Shown in pieces: positions 46,012 to 55,871 of a stretch of DNA of 64,000 bases. Where the stretch lies: positions 744,001-808,000 of the forward strand of contig OZ251250.1 in assembly GCA_965240325.2 (NCBI GenBank), read 5' to 3'. Within the stretch, counting starts at the first letter, position 1, and each line of letters begins with the position of its first letter. A program made the position numbers and the translations under genes. Source of the DNA: Rebecca billardiae RCC1528 (taxonomy: Eukaryota; Protista; Haptophyta). The notes under the pieces are model-generated. The model saw only the letters and a list, made by a program, of their open reading frames with translations. It ran no database searches and was not told the DNA's origin.

Positions 46012-48986
46012 ATGGCGTTCAAGGCGTCGCCGCCGCTGAAGGCGAAGCTCCTGTACGACGAGGACTACCGGCCACACCCCTCGCCCGTGCCCCGCTCGCA
46101 CACCGCGCCGCTCCTGCGCGACACGATCCGCGTGTCCGTCGGCGAGGAGGGCGCGGAGGACGACGCGCGCGGCGGCGGCGCCGGCGGCATCTGCGCGCGC
46201 GTGAGCGAGTGGGAGTGCCCCACGCCCAAGGACGTGTCGAATATGCTCTTCGCGCCGTGCTGCGCGCGCACCGGCTACCTCCGGCGCATGCGCCACAACT
46301 TTGGCCTGCCATTTCTGCTCATGCTCACCTCTGTCTATTTTGGGACCAAGGCGTGCGGCCGCGCGCCGCGCGCGGCGGGCGCGTGCGCGACGAGCCAGCG
46401 TGTGCATGCGAGCACGATCTGCGCGCGGCGCGCTGGCTGACGCGCACGTCGCCCGGGCCGCGGCCGCGCGCGTGCGCGCACGGGCCGACCGCATCGGCGT
46501 GCGGTGCCGGGCGCGCGGGTCGTGCCACCGCCCGGCGCCGCCCCGGCGCGCGCGCGTGCCGTGCGCGCACTGCGCAGGGCATGCTCGTGCAGATCGTCTC
46601 GCTGGCCAAGCTGCCCTTCTACCGCGCCGCCGGCGTCGACGCGAAGCTCTTCCAGCGGTACGACGTCGTCACGCGCACGCCGTGGGCTCTCAAAGCCTTC
46701 TTCGGCGCAGTCGCGGACCTCTACCCACTTTGTGGGTACGGGAAGCGCTCGTATATGACGGGCGTGTCGGTGGTCGGCACGGGCGCGTGCGTGCTGCTCT
46801 CGCTCGCCACGTCGGGCGGCGCGGCGGGCGGCTCCGCCCTCGGCTCCGTCATCGCGATCACCCTCTGCTTCGTCGGTGTGAACCTGCAGGCGTCTGTCGT
46901 GGACCTTCTGGCGGAAGGCGCGTACACGGCTGCGATGGCGCGCGCGCCGTGGAGCGGCTCCGACTGCGTGTCGTGGGTGCGTGCGCGGCGCGCGTGCGCG
47001 CGCGAGGGAGAGAGAGGCGGTGGCGCTCAGCGCCCGGGCGCTGTGGGCGCCTGCCTGCGTGCGTGCGGGGCTGGGCGCCCGCCGGCGGCCGAGGCGCGTG
47101 GGCGCGCGCTGGCGCCACGTGCGTGCGCGCGGAGGGGCCAGGTCGGGTGCGGCGAGCATCGCGACCCGGGAGGGATGGCCGCCGCGGCCCAGCCACGGCC
47201 GGCGCGAAGCATCTCACGCGCGCGCCCGCGCCGCCGTCGGTCCGGGCTCGCGCCGCCGGGCTCGCCCCGATCCGCCCCGCGCGCGTCCGGCTGGCAGGTG
47301 TGGGCGTGTGTGCAGGGCGGTTCATTCGTGAGCGCGGCGCTGGTCGGCTGGGCGGCGGACGCGGGCCGCACGCACGCGCTCTTCCCGCTGGCAGCAGTGC
47401 TCGCGGCGCAGGTCTTCTTCGCCTCGGAGGCCGGGTGGCTCGGCGACGCGCGCCTGCCGCCGCCGGAGCGCGGCTTCCAGAGCGCAAAGCTGCGCGCGGC
47501 GCCGCGCGTGTTCGCGCTGAGCGCTCTCATGGCCCTCGCCGGCCTCGGCCTTGGCGTGTGCAACCTGCTCGAGGCGCCGCCGGGCGTGCTGCTGGGCGCC
47601 AGCCTCGGCAGCTCCGCCGTGCTCTGCGCCCTCGCCTTCTGGGCGCTGCCCCTCGTCCTCGCCAAGTGCAACCTGTATCTGTATCTCGCGTCGATTCTGT
47701 ATGTGCAGATTTCGGGCGCGGTCGATTACTTCTACGTGGCGCAGCCGCCGTGTGTGGAGGAGGGGCCGCACTTCTCGTTCAGGTGTATGCGGCGCGGGGC
47801 GCGCGCGGCGGCCCCGTGGGCTGCGCGCGCGCGGCAGCGCAGCCAGGCCGGCAGCGCCCGGCGCTGGCGGCCCACGCGGTCGGGCGTCGGTGCTGGCGCC
47901 GCGTGGCGCGGGCGGGCCGCGTGTGTCGGCGTGTGCGTGCGCCGTGCTCCTTCGGGCGGGCCGGCCGTTCGCCCTCCCAGCGGCCGTAGCCCTCCGCTCC
48001 CCCACCACCACCCACCCTGCCACCACCCGCCCTGCCCCTCCGCCTGACCTCGTGGCGCCCTTGCCCCCGACCGAACCTCCCGCGTGCCGCCGCGCCCGCC
48101 TCCCTCGGTTGCAGGTACTACATCACCTACTCCGCGGTGGTGCAGGCGCTGTTCGGGTACGTTGGCGTGCTGCTCTTCCAGGCGTGCATGCGCAAGTGGA
48201 CCTTCCGCGCCGTGCTCGGCGCGACGGTCGTGCTCGAGGTGGCCGCAGGCGCGGTCGACCTCGTCATCGTGATGCGCTGGAACGTGACCTACCTGCATAT
48301 ACCCGATCATGTCATGTACATGCTCGGCTATAACGTCGTCTTCCAGGTGCGGCGCCTGCGCCTGTGCTGGCCGCACGCCCCTTCCGGCAGCGCGCAGCCA
48401 TCCTCCGTCAGCCACCGCCGTCCCGCCGCCCCTCCCCCGCCCTGCCCGTGACTCTGGCTGGTGGTCGCGACTGACTGTGGCTGTGCGGCCCTGCCTGCGG
48501 CACCAGGTGGCGTCGATGCTCAACTTCATGCCCTCGGTGATCCTGACGTCCAAGCTGTGCCCGCCGCGCATGGAGGCGACCGTCTTCGCGCTCCTCGCCG
48601 GCTTTCAGAACTTCGGCTCGATGGTGGCTGGCAGCCTGGGCGTGTGCCTCGTGAACGCGCTGGGGATCCGGACGCACGCGCCGGCCGGCGCGGCGGAGGG
48701 CGCGGAGGCGCCGTGCGACTTTCGGCGCCTGCCGCACGCGATCGTGCTCAGCCACATGCTGCTGCCTCTGCTCACGGTGCCGCTTGCGTACGTGCTCCTG
48801 CCGGACGCGCGGCTCATCGACGAGATCAGCGTGATGGGCAAGGCGGTGCGCAAGGAGGGCGCGGCCGATGGCGATGGTGGCGGCGGTGCGGCCGCGCGCA
48901 AGCGCGTGCCGCCCTCGTCTACCTCGCCCCTGCTGCCAGCGCCGCTGCTCCAGCGCGCCGCGTCGGACGGCGCCGAGGACGAATAG
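46012..48986 (+). CDS. Folate-biopterin transporter (BT1 family, MFS); exons 46012-46350, 46578-46976, 47298-47782, 48115-48346, 48507-48986
   Basis: FGTK|GML, TPWALKAFFGAVADLYPLCGYGKRSY, VDLLAEGAY, GAVDYFY, EGPHFSF, FMPSVILTSKLCPPRMEATVFALLAGFQNFG. The first intron is GC-AG. Confidence 0.93.
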
Positions 48987-49680
48987 CGCGGCCGCCGGGT
49001 CGCTCATCCCACCAGTTCTTCACCACGTGCCTGCCTCTGTCATCTGTGCATCCGCGTGCACAGGGACAGGGTGGCGAGGATGTTTATGTTAGGCGGCAGG
49101 GGATTATCCCCCCATAATCAAAGTCAGTCAGGGGAGTATGGATAGGGATCGATTTTGACCACAGCCGACAGACTCAGTAGCATCCGAATATTGGCATGGA
49201 AGATCGGAAGCCCGTCATTGGCCATCCTCCATATGTCCCAGAATCCTGACGACGCCGGGATCTTATGTTCGATCCTACACTACGAGTGCTGAAATAGTCA
49301 TAAACGACGAGCCTCCCGTCGCTCGAAGCCTCGGCTGAGCACTGGCGGGTATCCATCGGGGTATGATCATAATATTAGCGCGCACAATTTGGAGTTCTGA
49401 AACGGAGCCCACTGACGAATTTTGTCTCAGACACCGTCGGAACAAGGGGTCTTACAAACACTCCTTGGTCGGAAGGATCTCATAGGGCTCAGAGCCAGAT
49501 GCGCCACGCTGCAGATCCCACGCCGCGAAAAGCGGTCAGATCGAGGGCGCCCCAGCCTGTGTCGAGTGGCTCCCCGCGCCGCGACGGCGCCTCTTCGCGA
49601 AATCATCCGGCGGCACGGGCTAGCACTGCGCACGCAATCGCGAGGGAATCGTCATCACCGTCATCGCCGCCCCAAGGGAC

Positions 49681-50073
49681 ATGTTCGCCATGAAGACGAT
49701 GATCGCGCTCGCGGCGCTCGTGGCGGCGGCGTCGGCGACCTCGCCGCCGAGCATGGCGGGCGCTCCGCCCAGTGCGCCCGGCATGCCTGCGGCGATGGAG
49801 AAGAAGATGGCCGGCCTCCCGTCAAACGCGCCGCCTTCGATGCCGTCGATGCCCGGGATGGGCGCGCCGCCGAGCGCCAGCACGCCGCCGATGCCGGCCT
49901 ACGGCTATGCGCGGGCGGAGGCGGCGCCGACCGCGCTGCGTGCCACGCTGCAGTCGTACGGCCTCACCCTCATCGCCGGCGCCGGCGTGATCGGCGTCGC
50001 CGTCGGCTTCGTCCTCGCGCGCGCTCTGCAGGCGAAGCGGGACGCCGCGCGGGCGACCGAGCTCCTCTCGTGA
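49681..50073 (+). CDS. Small (130 aa) secreted or type I membrane protein, Pro/Met/Ser-rich
   Basis: Signal peptide MKTMIALAALVAAASA; PPSMAG/PSMPSMPGM repeats; C-terminal TM helix GLTLIAGAGVIGVAVGFVLA. Confidence 0.75.
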   Translation: MFAMKTMIALAALVAAASATSPPSMAGAPPSAPGMPAAMEKKMAGLPSNAPPSMPSMPGMGAPPSASTPPMPAYGYARAEAAPTALRATLQSYGLTLIAGAGVIGVAVGFVLARALQAKRDAARATELLS

Positions 50074-51477
50074 GCGCGCCATCCTACCGTGGGGAGGGAC
50101 GGTCGCGCGTGTGGGCGCATGACATGCACCGCCACTCCGTTAGGTTCGGGTGTCACGTGAACACGCCCACCCCGCCGTCCCTCGGACTTCATTTTGACTC
50201 GCGGACGGTCAGTCTCGTAGCCCGTAGGCTGTTCAGTAGCGCGACGCCGCCGTGACGCCAGCCGCTCATCGGCGCTGTGATGGCATCATGACGCGCGCAG
50301 TCTGACGCAGATCGTCTGTGGCGCGTCGCTCAGACGGCCGTGCCGACCTTAGATGGATATATGCAGCATCAGTAATCCGAGCCGGTGGGCTATATAACAG
50401 TTCGAATTGTTTTTTTAAAAAGTTTATAATATATATTGTTCACTAGTACATTGTTAGTAACCGGAGTGCCGCGAGTAACGGGCTCACGGTGCCGCGGCAG
50501 GTCGCCGCGCCATCCTTCATCGCACGCTCTCCGAAGAGTAGAGACTACCTGGAAACTGGTTTGAACCCATACAGACCTCAGACGCATCACGCAAGAGCAC
50601 GCCAGTTACCCAGTACTCCCTGACACTCGGCCACTGAGTGACCAGACCAGCTGTTACTGAGTAGTCGTAGTCATCTCTGAGACGACTTATCAGATCTTAG
50701 AGTATTCTGCTTACCGTTCTTAGTGATGAAAGAAGAGACAAGACTCAAGAGTGCCGCAAACGGCCCGGCGCCTGCCAAGTGCCGCGCCGAGCACCGCGAG
50801 CACGGTGACTCACTGAGTGACGGTGACGGCTGACCTAGCAGTGCCAGTTCAGAGTTAATAAACTGAACTCTGAATCAGACGCAGCACCGGCCGCGCCGCC
50901 GCCGCGCGCCCCCCCCGGCCCCGCCCTGCCGGTCCCGGAGCCGGCTGCTGGGCGGCGGCACTAATCTCCGTCCTGAGTTCTAAGTCGCGGCTCCACTTCC
51001 AGGCTCCGGTTGACCCCCTGTTTGACTTGAGATAGCGCACGTAGCCGACTGTTACTGACTACACCGCCACTATCGCGCGCTTCCGCGCGGGACGATCGTC
51101 TAAGACTGTCGTCATCACTCACAGTCACTGGTGTCATCAGGGTGATCAGCATCCCGCTATTGGCATCCGTGATCAGCCTGCTAGTGCTAATATTCATATT
51201 GCATCACTATCAGGCGGGGGCTGAGTCCTGCGGCGGCCGCACAGTGCGGGCGGTGTCACAGTGGCTCGCGGAGGCGGCCGGCTCAGCACGGGCAGACACC
51301 GGTCTGGCACCGACTGACGAGTAGCCGACGGGATCAGAGTACTCGACGTGAGGAGTTGTCGTCTCTGAGTAGACGCGGTAACTACGGGCCGCGGGTTAGA
51401 GTTAGACAGTTAATAGTGAGAACCGCGGCCGCTAACTAGTAAGTAAGCCGCTTGATGAACCGCCAATAAGCTACGGA

Positions 51478-51510
51478 ATATATATATTAAATAGTATAGT
51501 ATACACTGTC

Positions 51511-51557
<47 letters not shown>

Positions 51558-51560
51558 TTA
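51478..51560. repeat. (TA)n microsatellite (~21 units, 51512-51553) in an AT-rich island
   Basis: Direct reading of the sequence. Confidence 0.95.
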
Positions 51561-51870
51561 TCCCGCGGCGCCGCCCTGGCGGCACCGGCCTGCCACCGGG
51601 ACCGCACGGCCCGTAGCCTGCGCTGTAGCGCCGGAGTCAGAATGAGAAATGACGCCACGACTGCCAGGTGACTTCTAATATAATACTGGTGTTATATAAC
51701 TACTATCGGTACGTCATGACACGGCGACGGTGGGCCCCACTGGCCAGTACTTCGTAACGCGCTGCCGGCGCCGCGCCGGGCGCACGACGGCCGCCGGCGC
51801 TCGCCAGGCGCCGCCCGCTCGCCAGGCGCCGCCCGCCCGACGCGCCCGCTCGGGCTGGGGCGCGCCGGCC

Positions 51871-52740
51871 TCACGACAGCGGCCAAAAGTTGGTGCGCTT
51901 GGGCGGCGCCTTTGGCGGCAGCGGCTCGAGGCGCCGCCTGCGCATGCGCATGGCGCCGTGGTCGGGCGTTCCCTTCTTGAGGATCAGCCTGAACGCATCG
52001 AGCTGCTCGTCCGTCGCGTGGCGCACCCTGAGGAAGATGTGCGTGCGCGGCTTGTGGATCATGCCCATCCGCCCCTTCGCCTTGTAATCTGGCCGCTTGA
52101 GATACGTGCCGCGGCCGAGCCACAGGCGGTCTGCAGCGCGGGGGCGCGGGGCGAGAGGCCGCGCGCGAGTGGTTGGTCGGTGGGGCGCGCCCAGCGAGCG
52201 CGCGCGCGGGTCGAGGCGGCGGCCCGCTGCGCGCGGCGTCTGGTCTCGGTGCGCGCAGCAGCGGCGCGGTGCGCCGCGCCGCGCCGCACCGAGCACCACG
52301 CGCCGCGCCTCCATCCCGTCCTCCCGCACCGAGCGGCGCAGCGCCATGTCGAAGATGGAGCGGATGTAGAGCGCGCCCTTCTGCGGCAGCCAGCGGACGA
52401 GCTCGGAGGCGCGCCAGACCGGGAGGCCGACGACGTTGACGAGGCGCGTCACGCGTATCATCTTCTTGATGCTGTGCGGGACCGATCTGAACTCGAAGAC
52501 GCGCTCTTCTCGGCGCGGCGCGCGCGCGGCCACCGCGGGCTCGGCGATGAGCGCGGCCGCGTCCGCCGCGGCCGGCGGCGGCGCAGCGCTGGTGGAGAGC
52601 GGCGAGGTGGCCGGGCGCGAGCGTGGCAGCGCCAACGGCAGTCGCGCCGCCCGTGCCGCGCCCGCGCCCGAGCCCACACCGCGCAGCAGCGCCGCGTGCG
52701 CGCCGACGAGTCGCCTCGCGAGTGCCACCGCCGTCGCCAT
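51871..52740 (-). CDS. mrpl22: Mitochondrial ribosomal protein uL22m; exons 52740-52290, 52130-51871
   Basis: SVPHSIKKMIRVTRLV..GLPVWRA..L...PQKGA...VL|DRLWLGRGTYLKRPDYKAKGRMGMIHKPRTHI is a bacterial-type L22. Arg-rich presequence lacking acidic residues, MATAVALARRLVG. Confidence 0.88.
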   Translation of the reverse strand: MATAVALARRLVGAHAALLRGVGSGAGAARAARLPLALPRSRPATSPLSTSAAPPPAAADAAALIAEPAVAARAPRREERVFEFRSVPHSIKKMIRVTRLVNVVGLPVWRASELVRWLPQKGALYIRSIFDMALRRSVREDGMEARRVVLGAARRGAPRRCCAHRDQTPRAAGRRLDPRARSLGAPHRPTTRARPLAPRPRAADRLWLGRGTYLKRPDYKAKGRMGMIHKPRTHIFLRVRHATDEQLDAFRLILKKGTPDHGAMRMRRRRLEPLPPKAPPKRTNFWPLS

Positions 52741-52940
52741 GGATCGCCCGTCGCGGGAGGCGACGCGGGGCAATCACAAAGTCCTGCGCGCGCGGTCCGG
52801 AAAGAGCGCGGCCCGAGTCCAGACGGATGAGAATAAGTGAGAACTGATCGCCCTTCTCGACGACTTCTCTCCGGACCGAACGCTGCCGGTCAATTCCGCC
52901 ACGCCGCCCACGCGGCCATCCAGCGCACGGCCAGCACACG

Positions 52941-55424
52941 ATGTGCACCGCCGCGCACATGGGACCGCCGCGCGCGCGCGCCGCGCTGCTGCTCGCGGCG
53001 GCGGCGCTGCTCGCGCTGCCGGCGAGCTGCGCGGTGCCGCGCCCCGCGCACGAGCTCTCGCGCGCCGCCGGCTCCCGCGCGCCCGCCCGCGCCCCCGTGC
53101 CGCGCATGCGCGCGGCCGCGCGGAGCGCTGTGACGGCCAGCGCCGCGCGCGCGACTCCAAGCGGCGGCGCGGCGGCGGGCGGCGCGGGCGTGGCGGGCGA
53201 GGTGACCGAGTGGAAGGAGTCGTCTCTCAAGCTCGCCATCGACGCGGAGGCCGCCGCCACCACCGACGCCGCCGCCACCCTCTCCCCCCTCGACCCCGCC
53301 TCCTGGTTTGGCGCCATTCTGGAATCTGCGTCCGCGCCGGTCGGCGCCGCCGGGCTCGAGGGGCTGCGCGCGAGCGGCGCGGCGGAGCTGCGCGAGATGA
53401 TGGGCTCGGGGCAGCTCCCCGACTCGAAGGCGGAGGCCTGGCGCCACGTCGGCGTGCGCGGGCTCTTCGCGCGCCAGTTTGCGTCCGCGCCCGCCGCGGG
53501 CGCGGACGCGGCGTCGGCGGCGGGCGCGGCGGCCGCGGCCGCGGGCGGCGCGGGCGGCACGCTGGACGTCGCCGGCGGCGAGGGCGCGGAGGCGCGCGTG
53601 AGCCCGAACGCGATCGCGCACGCCGTCTTCGTCGACGGCGCGTACGCCCCCGAGCTCTCCGACACCTCCCGCCTCCCCGCCGGCGCGTACGTCGGCGGAC
53701 TCGCCGGCCTGGCCGCGGACGACCCTCGCCGCGCGGCCGTGCTCGCGCAGGCCGCGGAGAAGGCGCGCGGGGAGAACACGCTGGGCGTGCGTGACGACGG
53801 GCGGGAGGGCGCGCTGGGCGGCGGCTCGTTCTGGGCGCTCAACACCGCCGCGATGGTCGACGTCGCGTGCGTCCTGCTCGCCGACGGCGTCGCCCTCCCC
53901 GCTGACAGCCCCGTTCATCTCACCTTCCTGACCACCGGCGCCGCCTCGGCCGCGCCGGCGGCGTCTGCCTGCCACCCGAGGCTGGCGGTGGACTTGGGCT
54001 CGGGCTCGGCGGCGCAGCTGGTCGTGGCGTACGCGGACGCGCCGTCCGACGCCTCCGCCGCCGCCGCGCTCTCCAACGCCGTCTCCCACCTCCGCGTCGG
54101 CGAGGGCGCGCGCCTCGAGCACGCCATCGTCGTCGAGCGTGGCGCCTTTTCACACCACGTGGAGACTGTGGATGCGGCCGTCTGCGCCGACGGCCAGTAT
54201 CTGTTCACGACGCTGCAGGGGCCGGCGGCGCTGAGCCGGGTGAACGTGGGCGTGGATCTGCTCGGCCGCGGCGCGTACGCGCGCGCGCGCGGCCTCGCGC
54301 TCTCCGGCAGCGCGCCCGTCGCCAAGGGCAAGCAGGGCGCGGGCGGCGCGCCGCCGCCGCCGCCGCTGCCGTCAGCAGTTGACCTTCACACGGCCGTGCG
54401 CCACCTGACTGCGGGCTGTGAGTCGTCGCAGGTGCAGAAGAACGTGGTGGCGGGGAAGGGCCGCGCGGTGTTCCGCGGGCTCATCCGCGCGAACGGCGAC
54501 GCCGCCGAGACCGTCGCCAACCAGCTCTGCCGCTCCATGCTGCTCAACGACGGTGCGCGCGCCCGCGGCGCGCCCCGGCGCGCCCGCGCCCGCGGCGGCG
54601 CGCGGCGGCGCGGCGCGGCGCGCGGCGCGTGGACGGTTGTGGCGCGGCTGAGCGCCGTGTGGCTGCGCGCGAGCCGCGCGGGGCGGCTCGCCCGGCGCGG
54701 CCCTCGCGCGCGCGCATGTGTCTGCCCCATCCCGCGACCCCGGGACCGCCATCGCTCAGCTTCCTCCTGCGGCCTCGCGCGCCCTCTCTCGCCCCCCCGC
54801 CCCGCGCCCCGCGCCTGCGCTGCCGCGCCGCCGCGCCGCCGCGCCGCCGCGCCGCCGCGCCGCTGCCGCGTGCCCCACACCCGCCCGCCCCGCGCCGCCG
54901 GCGGCGCAGGCGCGAAGGTGGACGTCGCGCCGTGCCTCGAGATCATCGCCGACGACGTGCAGTGCACGCACGGCGCCACCGTCGCCGACCTCGACGAGGA
55001 GAAAGTCTTCTACTTCCGCGCTCGCGGCATCGGCGCCGATGCGGCGCGCTACGCGCTCGTCCGCGGATTTGCCGACGAGATCTTGCAGCTGGTGCCGTAC
55101 GAGGTGCGCGGCACTGCGCGCGCGCGGCGCGGCGGGGGCGGAGGGCTGCGGCGCGCGCCCGGCGCGGCGGGCGGGAGGCGCGCGCGTGCGCGGCCGGGCG
55201 GGCGGGCGCGGAGGGGCGCGGCGCCACTGGGCCGAGGCCGCAATGGAAGCGCGCGCGCTCGCGCGCGCGCCCCGCGCCTGACAGCTGCCCCGCGCGCACA
55301 CGCGCACACGCGCGCCGTGGCACGCACGCAGGGCGCGAAGCTGCGCATGGCCGCCACCGCCATGGGTCTGATCCCCGCCAAGGAGAGCAAGCGCATCGAC
55401 ACGACCGGCTGGTCGAGCATCTGA
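52941..55424 (+). CDS. sufD: Fe-S cluster assembly protein SufD, plastid-targeted; exons 52941-54552, 54910-55103, 55332-55424
   Basis: LPDSKAEAWRH, VFVDG, FWALNTA, HPRL, QKNVVAGKGRAVFRGLI, ANQLCRSMLLND|GAKVDVAPCLEIIADDVQCTHGATVADLDEEKVFYFRARGI. Signal peptide ALLLAAAALLALPASC followed by a basic transit region. Confidence 0.93.
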   Translation: MCTAAHMGPPRARAALLLAAAALLALPASCAVPRPAHELSRAAGSRAPARAPVPRMRAAARSAVTASAARATPSGGAAAGGAGVAGEVTEWKESSLKLAIDAEAAATTDAAATLSPLDPASWFGAILESASAPVGAAGLEGLRASGAAELREMMGSGQLPDSKAEAWRHVGVRGLFARQFASAPAAGADAASAAGAAAAAAGGAGGTLDVAGGEGAEARVSPNAIAHAVFVDGAYAPELSDTSRLPAGAYVGGLAGLAADDPRRAAVLAQAAEKARGENTLGVRDDGREGALGGGSFWALNTAAMVDVACVLLADGVALPADSPVHLTFLTTGAASAAPAASACHPRLAVDLGSGSAAQLVVAYADAPSDASAAAALSNAVSHLRVGEGARLEHAIVVERGAFSHHVETVDAAVCADGQYLFTTLQGPAALSRVNVGVDLLGRGAYARARGLALSGSAPVAKGKQGAGGAPPPPPLPSAVDLHTAVRHLTAGCESSQVQKNVVAGKGRAVFRGLIRANGDAAETVANQLCRSMLLNDGARARGAPRRARARGGARRRGAARGAWTVVARLSAVWLRASRAGRLARRGPRARACVCPIPRPRDRHRSASSCGLARPLSPPRPAPRACAAAPPRRRAAAPPRRCRVPHTRPPRAAGGAGAKVDVAPCLEIIADDVQCTHGATVADLDEEKVFYFRARGIGADAARYALVRGFADEILQLVPYEVRGTARARRGGGGGLRRAPGAAGGRRARARPGGRARRGAAPLGRGRNGSARARARAPRLTAAPRAHAHTRAVARTQGAKLRMAATAMGLIPAKESKRIDTTGWSSI

Positions 55425-55871
55425 GCCGTGACTCGTGACTCACATAAGTCTCAAGACGGGGGCGAGCACACTGCACAGACAGTGACGTCACACGTGTTCA
55501 CTGACGGTCACTACTCACTGATGTCTGTCAGCCTCGCTGTCGCACTGTCTCACATCAGGACTGTCACAGCGGCGCCCTGCACTGGCAAGCCAAGATCGAG
55601 CATCGCGTCCGTCACAGGCACTGTCCGATGATGAATTGCGCTAGGCTCCGGCCCGAGGCTGTGCATGGCGCTGTGTCACTAGCTACTGTGCATACGCCTA
55701 CCAAGCCCTTGCGCCTACCCCCATACCATACAGTCCCCATCGGGTAGTATCCATCCGGCCCTTGCCTTTGGTGTTCGTCCCGCTTGACGAGACCTCGACT
55801 CTCGCCGGAAGTTGACCACCCTCGCCTCGCGCCCGCCTCGTCGAGTCCTCGTCGGTCGCTGCGCCGGAGCC

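Noticed and set aside
49170-49520. snRNA candidate from an Sm-like AATTTTG in a lower-GC spacer
   Set aside because: No recognisable U1/U2/U4/U5/U6 conserved sequence.
16097-55424. Bacterial contamination or operon (icd, sufD, L22, GlpF-like)
   Set aside because: icd, sufD and L22 carry spliceosomal introns, all four have organelle-targeting leaders, and they are interspersed with eukaryote-specific genes (SET, UBX, NAP).
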